Positions 38,661-45,813 of a stretch of DNA of 64,000 nucleotides are shown here, piece after piece (positions within the stretch are counted from its first letter, which is position 1; each line of letters begins with the position of its first letter). The position numbers were made by a program, and so were the translations under genes. Under the pieces are notes generated by a model. It was not told where the DNA came from, made no database searches, and saw only the letters and a program-made list of their open reading frames with translations. The DNA comes from Bacteroidia bacterium. GTDB taxonomy: Bacteria > Bacteroidota > Bacteroidia > J057. Where the stretch lies: NCBI GenBank assembly GCA_033764335.1, contig JANRJC010000034.1, positions 20,899 to 84,898 on the forward strand, written 5' to 3'.

Positions 38661-39268
38661 ATCGTGCGATCTTTTCTTTTTTCCAGTAATTGTCGGAGTT
38701 TACTCATACAGCGATGTTTCTGACTTGCCAGACTGTTTGCATTTTTAAATCCCAACCTTTCCGTGAGTTCCTCCACTTCAAAACCATAATATTCAGACTC
38801 AACCAAAATCTGTCGGCATTTTCCACCGATTTTATCCAACAATAAGAGGATCTGATTCATGTCCTCACTTTCGATCAATCGCATAAGTGTGGTTTTTGCC
38901 TCTGTTTTCATATTAGGCAAAAGCTCTACCTGCTCCTTAATAGAAGAAGACGAATTTTTTCTGACACGATCAACACACCGGTTACAAAAAGATTTGTACA
39001 GGTATCCGGTCAGATTGCCTTCCGACTGAAATGCCTCATTATTAATCCGGTTACAAAGGCCAATTATCGCGTCTCCATACGCATCAACTGCCTCGTCTTC
39101 ACCAAGGTGATATTTTCGTTGTCCTTTCCTCACAAAATCCACGTGCCGATGGTAGAGATAGCTCGTAATACGCTGTCGCAACATGCCCCCCTGCTTGATT
39201 CCGGAAATGATTTCCGCATCAGAGTAATTTTGATCGGTTTCATTGCGCATAGTGAAGGCGGAAAACAA
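38657..39268 (-). CDS. Sigma-70 family (ECF-like) RNA polymerase sigma factor
   Basis: Region-2-like segment (EDEAVDAYGDAIIGLCNRI...GYLYKSFCNRCVDRVRK) and a region-4 HTH (CRQILVESEYYGFEVEELTERLGFKNANSLASQKHRCMSKLRQLL). Confidence 0.75.
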   Translation of the reverse strand: MFSAFTMRNETDQNYSDAEIISGIKQGGMLRQRITSYLYHRHVDFVRKGQRKYHLGEDEAVDAYGDAIIGLCNRINNEAFQSEGNLTGYLYKSFCNRCVDRVRKNSSSSIKEQVELLPNMKTEAKTTLMRLIESEDMNQILLLLDKIGGKCRQILVESEYYGFEVEELTERLGFKNANSLASQKHRCMSKLRQLLEKRKDRTI

Positions 39269-39456
39269 AAATATCGAAGAAACTAAAAAAAATGGGTGAT
39301 TGACAGAATAAATTGTCGTGTAATATATGAAAAGCGCCTCCTGTAGGCCAGTACAGGAGGCTTAATTGCTGACAATTTTTTCCTTTAGCAGAATTATACA
39401 AAGTCAACGATTGTAAAAATAGTAACTTAAGACGAAATACAAAATCTTTAAGCGGT

Positions 39457-40272
39457 ATGAAAAACCTCTGCTTCACACATGTCGTTACGCTTTACGTCGT
39501 TTTTCTTTGTTTCTCGCTAAACCTTCAGGCACAGCCGGGCAATAGGCCAAGTTTTGCCGTGTGGGACTGCGATGGGCAAGGCATGATGGCACCTCCCCCG
39601 AGTTGGACGGCAGTCGGCCAAACCATGGCCCTGCTCGATTCTGTGAGTTATGCATTCCCCACGGGAACCACGGCTACGGATGTTAAATTTGTTTTCCAGT
39701 TTGAAGACTCCTCCGGAAAAATTCTTGATGTTCTCTACCCTGTCGTCGGATCAAAAGCTTATGAGTTGACTTACAACTTATCGAGCCTTCCTGCGGATGT
39801 CACACTAAGTACCTCTCCGGCCGGTATGGATTTGAGTTTCCGACTGAATACCCAGACTGTACAACCCACATCCGGAAGTTTTATTAAAGTCTATTACGAA
39901 GTCTGGACCCAAGATGCTTCTGTCCCGGGGTCCGTATTTAAATTGCTGGACGGGCAGACAAAAACTTCTTGGTATAAACACAGCCTTTCGTGTAACAAGC
40001 TGATGGGAAAAGCCCGAGTCGGGCTGTTTGGCCGAACCGAGATTCAGGCAAACCCCAATCCATTCAACGATTACCTCTATATCGTTGCTGAAACCGAAAC
40101 ATCGGTTGTAAAAATTATGGATTCACAAGGCAGAACGATCCGCGTGCTGACTGTTCCGGCAGGAGATCGCCCCGTTCGTTTTCCTACCGAAGACATTCCC
40201 GCAGGTTTGTATTTTCTGCAAAAACAGACCTCCTACGGTATTGAAACTCTTCCCATGGTAAAAACTCATTGA
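39457..40272 (+). CDS. Secreted protein with T9SS C-terminal sorting domain
   Basis: Signal peptide (MKNLCFTHVVTLYVVFLCFSLNLQAQ). C-terminal NPNPFNDYLYIVAE...VKIMDSQGRTIRVL...IPAGLYFLQKQTSYGIETLPMVK is typical of a Por secretion CTD. Confidence 0.75.
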   Translation: MKNLCFTHVVTLYVVFLCFSLNLQAQPGNRPSFAVWDCDGQGMMAPPPSWTAVGQTMALLDSVSYAFPTGTTATDVKFVFQFEDSSGKILDVLYPVVGSKAYELTYNLSSLPADVTLSTSPAGMDLSFRLNTQTVQPTSGSFIKVYYEVWTQDASVPGSVFKLLDGQTKTSWYKHSLSCNKLMGKARVGLFGRTEIQANPNPFNDYLYIVAETETSVVKIMDSQGRTIRVLTVPAGDRPVRFPTEDIPAGLYFLQKQTSYGIETLPMVKTH

Positions 40273-40279
40273 CAAAGGT

Positions 40280-40313
40280 ATTCCGGGCCAAATTTTGAAT
40301 TTTGGCCCGGAAT
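40280..40313 (+). terminator. Strong hairpin terminator after the T9SS-cargo gene
   Basis: 13-bp stem attccgggccaaa / tttggcccggaat (40280-40292 / 40301-40313) with an 8-nt loop and a T-rich tail (ctgatttttt). It overlaps the alternative-start codon called at 40302, which favours the ATG at 40344 for the next gene. Confidence 0.8.
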
Positions 40314-40343
40314 CCTGATTTTTTGAGAAATTGCCAGAAGCCT

Positions 40344-43217
40344 ATGTATTACTCCCTGTCAACAATTCGGTTTTACCCGCTTTTTTTGTTTTTATATATG
40401 GGAATTCCTGCTGCCATGGCTCAGTCCTCCCAGCAAGCAGAAGATTTGGCCCATGCACAAAAATGGATGGACGAAGCCTATATATATTTTCAGCAAAATC
40501 CCGATACAGCCATCTATTACCTTTTAAAGGCATTGCCGCTATTTGAAAAACATTCCGAATGGGAATCTTATAGCAGTTGTATGAATGGCCTTGTTGCCTG
40601 TTACATGGGGAAAGAGGATTATCTGTTGGCGGAAAATTACGGGCAGGAAACCTTGCTTTTTATCCGGAAACACCTCGGTAAAAAGGTGGAAGTTTACGCC
40701 GATGCCCTCAATAACATGGGTACTTTATACCGGCTTCAGGGCAACCTCAACCTGGCGTTGGAGAACTATGAAGAAGCGCTGTCCATTACCGAAAATCAGG
40801 ACTCGCTCGCGCCGCTTGCCATATCCCGCCTATATTACAATATGGGTATTATTTACCGAAGAAGAGGGGAACCGGATCGCGCAATCAAATTTCATGAAAA
40901 GGCTCTGGCCAATGGCAGTCAGGAGTTACCATCAAACGATCCCCGGTTGATTCAGATTCTGTTTGCGATGGCAAGAGTATATACCGATCAAAAAGCCTGG
41001 AATGAAGCTCTCCATACCAACCTCCGCTGCCTGCAACTACTCGAAAGCGGTAATCCGGAGAAAACCTTCCGGGAAAAAATTAATGTGCATCATCAGCTTG
41101 CTCAGATTTATCTGGATCAGCAAAAAACGGATAGTGCTGCTTTTTATATTGACCAGGCAGACCGTATTCACGCCCGGTTTGGCCATTACCGGGAACAAGT
41201 AGGAGAGAATATTCGAGGAGAAATTGACCGAATCAAACACAATTACCCTCGGGCACTCGTTCATTATCGAAAAGCCTTACAAATGAGGTTGGAAGAATGG
41301 GGAAGCCTGGGTACTAACCCTGATATCGCAAACTCTTTTAAAACAATCGGAAGCCTGTTTGAAGAAACCGGTAAATACGACTCTGCCATTGTCAACTACT
41401 ACCAGGCGTTGCAGTTTTTATGTAAACCCTACAAAGGCAAACTTCCCGCAGCGGCTGACATACTACACCCCTTTGATGTCATCCCCGTGCTGGAATCTAT
41501 TGCCCGGACTTCTATGGCCGGCAACCCAAAATCGTATGCAAAAACTGCTATACAAGCCTGTTTGCTGGCAGATACAACCATTGCTCGCTTACGCCATACT
41601 TATCAGGAAGATAATGCCAAACTACAACTGGGCCAGAAATTCCGCAACACCTATGAAACCGGGATAAAACTGTTTTTTCAGCAATTTCAGGAAACCCATA
41701 ATACCGCCTTTCTCGAAAAAGCATTCCTTTTTTCCGAAAAATCGCGATCTATGGCTCTGACCGACGCACTCCAATCCACAGGTGCCAAACTCAGCGTCGG
41801 TATTCCCGATAGCATTAGCAGAAAAGAACAACAAATTCTCATCAATAGAACTTTTTATCAGGAAAAACTATTTCAGGAAACCCTCAAAGGAGATCAGGCA
41901 GATACCGTAAAAATCAAAAAATGGAAAGAGGCACTTTTTAATGCAGAAGAAGCTTACCACCGCTTTATCCGCTATCTGGAATCTGCATTTCCGGCTTATT
42001 TTCAGCTAAAATATGACCCCTCTTCTTTATCTATTGCAGAGGTGCAGAAACAGTTTCCGGACAAAAATACTACACTGTTGGAGTATTTTTGGGGAGAAAA
42101 AAATATTTACATTTTCCTCCTTACCACTCAGGGAATTAGCGGTCATTCGTTGTCCAAAACAGATGATATGACCCAGGCCGTTGACGGACTTCGCTATTTT
42201 CTACACAAGCCTGATTATTCGCCGGAGGTTTTACAGAAATTTGTCCGAAACAGCAACATTTTATATAAAGGGCTGATTTCGCCCATATTAGGAAATCGCG
42301 ATTCCGGAAAATTATTGATCATTCCCGATGGACCGCTCTCCTATATTCCCTTCGAAATTCTGCTTAGTAAAGCTATTCAGAGCGATTCCCTACTGAAGTC
42401 TTCGGATTTTCGTTCTATGCCCTATCTTATCCGGAAGTTTGAAATCGGCTACGGACTTTCTGCGCGATTATTTTTCCATGAATTACCCCCGTCAACCAAA
42501 CCCAGGAAACTGTTGGGAGCGTTTTCACCCATTTACCCCGATTCATTGTTACTCACCTACAGCAGAGAAAACGCAATAGACATTACGGCCACCCAAAAAG
42601 GGACCCTATTTCTCGACCACGACGCTACTAAATCAACATTTAAAACACAGGCTGGGCATTTTCGCATACTACATCTTGCTATGCACGGATTTTCAAACGA
42701 AAAAGAACCGCTGCTTGCACATTTGCTTTTTTCAGGTGAACCCGATAGCAGCACCCAACTCTACGCATTTGAGTTATACAATATGCTCATTCCCGCAGAT
42801 TTGGTCGTCTTAGCAGCCTGTGAAACCGGAGATGGAAAATTAATACCGGGCGAAGGCATCATGAGTCTGGCAAGAGCTTTCCGATATGCAGGTAGTGCCG
42901 CCATGGTAAGTAGCCTGTGGAAAGCCGACGGGCGTTCAACATCCGATATTTTACAATCATTTTACCACGATTTATTTGAGGGGCATTCCAAAACTGCGGC
43001 TCTACGTCAGGCCAGGCTGCGTTTCCTTGATCAATGCACACCCGACCTGGTGCACCCCTATTATTGGGCCAATCATATCCTTATTGGCAACCCGGCGCCG
43101 CTAAATACAGAAATACCGGGCTGGGTTTATATCGGAATCTTAGCTTTGATAAGTACCGTTCTTATATTTATTTTTTTTCTCAGAAAAAAAATGAAAAATC
43201 CGATGATTAGAGCATAA
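40344..43217 (+). CDS. TPR-repeat + CHAT-domain (caspase-like protease) protein with N-terminal signal and C-terminal TM anchor
   Basis: Signal-like N-terminus (MYYSLSTIRFYPLFLFLYMGIPAAMAQ) and multiple TPR units (ALNNMGTLYRLQGNLNLALENYEEAL...). The C-terminal CHAT domain has a His (FRILHLAMHGF) and Cys (DLVVLAACETGDG) dyad and HPYYWA. A terminal TM helix follows (WVYIGILALISTVLIFIFFL). Confidence 0.85.
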   Translation: MYYSLSTIRFYPLFLFLYMGIPAAMAQSSQQAEDLAHAQKWMDEAYIYFQQNPDTAIYYLLKALPLFEKHSEWESYSSCMNGLVACYMGKEDYLLAENYGQETLLFIRKHLGKKVEVYADALNNMGTLYRLQGNLNLALENYEEALSITENQDSLAPLAISRLYYNMGIIYRRRGEPDRAIKFHEKALANGSQELPSNDPRLIQILFAMARVYTDQKAWNEALHTNLRCLQLLESGNPEKTFREKINVHHQLAQIYLDQQKTDSAAFYIDQADRIHARFGHYREQVGENIRGEIDRIKHNYPRALVHYRKALQMRLEEWGSLGTNPDIANSFKTIGSLFEETGKYDSAIVNYYQALQFLCKPYKGKLPAAADILHPFDVIPVLESIARTSMAGNPKSYAKTAIQACLLADTTIARLRHTYQEDNAKLQLGQKFRNTYETGIKLFFQQFQETHNTAFLEKAFLFSEKSRSMALTDALQSTGAKLSVGIPDSISRKEQQILINRTFYQEKLFQETLKGDQADTVKIKKWKEALFNAEEAYHRFIRYLESAFPAYFQLKYDPSSLSIAEVQKQFPDKNTTLLEYFWGEKNIYIFLLTTQGISGHSLSKTDDMTQAVDGLRYFLHKPDYSPEVLQKFVRNSNILYKGLISPILGNRDSGKLLIIPDGPLSYIPFEILLSKAIQSDSLLKSSDFRSMPYLIRKFEIGYGLSARLFFHELPPSTKPRKLLGAFSPIYPDSLLLTYSRENAIDITATQKGTLFLDHDATKSTFKTQAGHFRILHLAMHGFSNEKEPLLAHLLFSGEPDSSTQLYAFELYNMLIPADLVVLAACETGDGKLIPGEGIMSLARAFRYAGSAAMVSSLWKADGRSTSDILQSFYHDLFEGHSKTAALRQARLRFLDQCTPDLVHPYYWANHILIGNPAPLNTEIPGWVYIGILALISTVLIFIFFLRKKMKNPMIRA

Positions 43218-43314
43218 ACCTTACGTGTTGTAATAATTGAGGACGCAGGCGGCGGCATGTCGTTTTATCTGCGAAATCACAAAACTTATTGTAACACACT
43301 CAAATTAATGGTTT

Positions 43315-43506
43315 ATGAAAAACAAAAAAGATCAATTGCTTGAGCAGTTTGATGCTTTCAAACTCAACGAAGTGAAAACTTCCAGCCGTATCAAAGGTGG
43401 ACAGAAGCCCGGCGACACTGCGTCCTATGTTGAGCACACTTATGATGGGATTTCTTTCGATCATATATTCCATACGGATGATAAGTTTGCTGCGGTGGGA
43501 AAATAA
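43315..43506 (+). CDS. RiPP precursor peptide with double-glycine leader (candidate ATP-grasp-modified peptide)
   Basis: 63 aa: MKNKKDQLLEQFDAFKLNEVKTSSRIKGG | QKPGDTASYVEHTYDGISFDHIFHTDDKFAAVGK. The helical leader ends in I-K-G-G. The core is rich in Asp/Glu/Thr/Ser/Lys/His. It sits immediately upstream of the maturase and exporter genes. Confidence 0.75.
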   Translation: MKNKKDQLLEQFDAFKLNEVKTSSRIKGGQKPGDTASYVEHTYDGISFDHIFHTDDKFAAVGK

Positions 43507-43538
43507 TTACCCCAAAATGATTTATTAATTCATCAGGT

Positions 43539-43579
43539 AAACACGCCAGTAATCGCCCTGATGGCTGGCGTGTTTTTTT
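43539..43579 (+). terminator. Intrinsic terminator/attenuator between the precursor and maturase genes
   Basis: 11-bp stem aaacacgccag / ctggcgtgttt (43539-43549 / 43565-43575) followed by a T-run to 43579. A second complementary pair, catcagg (43531-37) / cctgatg (43557-63), interleaves with it. Confidence 0.8.
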
Positions 43580-43591
43580 ACCCTATACCCA

Positions 43592-44587
43592 ATGGTCATC
43601 ATCAGTTCCCAAAACAGCGACATTTCTACCGGCGAAGTCATGGACTGGCTGAGAAGTATGGGTACGCCCGTTTACCGTATCAATGGTGAAGTTTTTGAGG
43701 CGGCTTTAGGTGAATTTGAGATGAACATCCGCCCGGAAATGCCTGCTTCCCTGACCCTCGAAGTAGAAGGAAAACCGGTTGCACTCGAAGACATTACCGC
43801 ATTCTGGTTTCGGCGTTCGGCGATAGACAATACCGCCGCTTCCCGGCTGGAATCATACTCTGCTTCGCCAGACTTAAAAAAACAAATGCTGGGGCATTTG
43901 GGCATGGAGTCATCCGCTTTACAAACCGCTTTTTTTTCCTGGCTTTCCGACAAGAAAACACTGGGCAATTATCGCGAAAAAGGCATGAACAAACTCGCTG
44001 TCCTGCAAATGGCTCGGGCCACAGGACTGGAAGTCCCCGCGACACTTGTCACCAATTCTAAAGAAAAACTCAGAACTTTTGCCCGGCAATACCCCGAAAT
44101 GATTACCAAATGCCTATCGGAAGTCAGATCATTTCAGTTGGAAGGGAAAATGATGGGCATGTACACCAGCACCCTTGACATCGCCGAAGTTGAAGATTTG
44201 CCAGATTTTTTCGCACCGTCGTTGTTTCAGCAAAATATTCAAAAAGAGTTTGAACTCAGGGTCTTTTACCTCGCGGGGGAAGTATTCTCCATGGCTATTT
44301 TCTCTCAGCTTGATCCTGTAACTGCCGTGGATTTCCGGCAGTACAACCACGAAAAAAACAACCGGGTAGTGCCCTACGCACTCCCGGACGATATCACAGA
44401 CAAGATTCGCAAACTAATGAGTGCTCTTTCGCTCAATACTGGTTCTGTGGACATAATCAAATCCACTGACCGGAAATATATTTTCCTTGAAGTCAATCCG
44501 GTCGGGCAATTTGGGATGGTATCAAAGCCCTGTAACTATTTTCTCGAAAAAAAGATCGCGCAGTTTTTAATGAGTAATACCGCATGA
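43592..44587 (+). CDS. ATP-grasp peptide maturase (RimK/microviridin-ligase-like; 'grasp-with-spasm' type)
   Basis: MVIISSQNSDISTGEVMDWL N-terminus. ATP-grasp core: NKLAVLQMARATGLEVPATLVTN, ELRVFYLAGEVFSMAIFSQ...VDFRQY, and GSVDIIKSTDRKYIFLEVNPVGQF (Mg/ATP E-x-N). Confidence 0.85.
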   Translation: MVIISSQNSDISTGEVMDWLRSMGTPVYRINGEVFEAALGEFEMNIRPEMPASLTLEVEGKPVALEDITAFWFRRSAIDNTAASRLESYSASPDLKKQMLGHLGMESSALQTAFFSWLSDKKTLGNYREKGMNKLAVLQMARATGLEVPATLVTNSKEKLRTFARQYPEMITKCLSEVRSFQLEGKMMGMYTSTLDIAEVEDLPDFFAPSLFQQNIQKEFELRVFYLAGEVFSMAIFSQLDPVTAVDFRQYNHEKNNRVVPYALPDDITDKIRKLMSALSLNTGSVDIIKSTDRKYIFLEVNPVGQFGMVSKPCNYFLEKKIAQFLMSNTA

Positions 44588-44764
44588 AACAGCCCGAAAT
44601 ACTACAGAAAAAAATAACCGGTGAATTGCCGGTTTTGTACAATCTTCTCAAAGAAATGAAAAGCGATCCTTCTCTGGTTCGTTTTGTATCCAGTACTCGC
44701 CATCAGACCCGCCTTTACGGAACCGGATTTTTTTATAAACCCCTATCCCGATTTGTATCTCAAC

Positions 44765-45799
44765 ATGGAACTACCTGTAATGACCCGGACGGACAATAAG
44801 TGTTTTATGCTTTTTGCCTCCTGCATTCCTGTAAAAGGATTTGCCAAAAGCATCATTGCCGATATTCAACGGGAACAATACCTGCCTGTGCCCAACCTTC
44901 TGGCAGATATCCTGATTGAAAATCGAGGGGTTTCTATAGGTGAAATCAAAAACCGGTATCAGCATCAGTATGACGAAGGGTTGGATAGCTATTTCCAGGA
45001 ACTGGCCCGCTCCGAATGGGGATTTTTTACAGAAGACCCTGACTGTTTCCCGCCATTATCGCTGGAATGGGATCATCCATCGGCGATTACTCATGCCATT
45101 CTGGATATAGATCAATCAAGGCATTATGAGTTAACACCCGTCATAAAAGAATTGGATGAACAGGGATGTAAAGCGTTACAAATCAGAGGATTTGGAGAGA
45201 TTGATACGCTCTCTATGGAAGAATGGCTGGAGGCAGCCGAAGATACCGGAATTTTTTCGCTGGAAATGATTCTTCCCTTATCTGCTTTCCGCTCTGTAAG
45301 TGAAGCAGAAAAAATGATACTGCGATACTGTCGGATTGTTTCGCTGACACTGTATGGGGCTGAAAATGAAGGATTTGCAAACACTACACACCCCGCTTCC
45401 GAAGACATTATTTACCTTACCCGACAAGCCGTCACCCCATATTCAAAAGAGCTAAGCGGTCCCGAGTTTTTTACGACCAATATTCATGCCTTTACTGAAG
45501 CACAACATTTCAACCTCGGACTAAATCGGAAAATAACGGTAGATATAAGGGGCAATATTCGGCATTTTCCGGGTCATAGCAGGGTATTTGGGCATATATC
45601 GTCAGATACATTGACCGCAGTCGTGGGCACAAAAGAATTTCAGGCTGTCTGGCAAACCCCTGTTGATAAGATTGAAAACTGTAAAGAATGTGAGTTTCGA
45701 TATATGTGTGCGGACAATAGCGAGGTTGTGCAAAAAGGTGAAAAAATTTACAGACTCACTACTTGCACTTATAATCCCCGAACAGGCGAGTGGCAATAA
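44765..45799 (+). CDS. SPASM-domain-type peptide maturase homologue without a canonical radical-SAM CxxxCxxC motif
   Basis: Near the N-terminus: NKCFMLFASCIPVKGFAKSIIADIQRE. C-terminal Cys cluster C-x2-C-x5-C-x18-C (NCKECEFRYMC...TTC), resembling the last part of a SPASM/twitch domain. No CxxxCxxC anywhere in the ORF. The start is uncertain (ATG 44765 or 44780; the ORF track begins at TTG 44684). Confidence 0.7.
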   Translation: MELPVMTRTDNKCFMLFASCIPVKGFAKSIIADIQREQYLPVPNLLADILIENRGVSIGEIKNRYQHQYDEGLDSYFQELARSEWGFFTEDPDCFPPLSLEWDHPSAITHAILDIDQSRHYELTPVIKELDEQGCKALQIRGFGEIDTLSMEEWLEAAEDTGIFSLEMILPLSAFRSVSEAEKMILRYCRIVSLTLYGAENEGFANTTHPASEDIIYLTRQAVTPYSKELSGPEFFTTNIHAFTEAQHFNLGLNRKITVDIRGNIRHFPGHSRVFGHISSDTLTAVVGTKEFQAVWQTPVDKIENCKECEFRYMCADNSEVVQKGEKIYRLTTCTYNPRTGEWQ

Positions 45800-45813
45800 A
45801 AATAGTAAACCCT

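Noticed and set aside
44684-44764. TTG-initiated N-terminal extension of the SPASM-type ORF (MYPVLAIRPAFTEPDFF...)
   Set aside because: It uses a rare start codon, the Pro/Phe-rich sequence has no motif, and the family-like N-terminus (KCFMLFASCIPVKG) follows the internal ATGs at 44765 and 44780. The extension also adds no CxxxCxxC.
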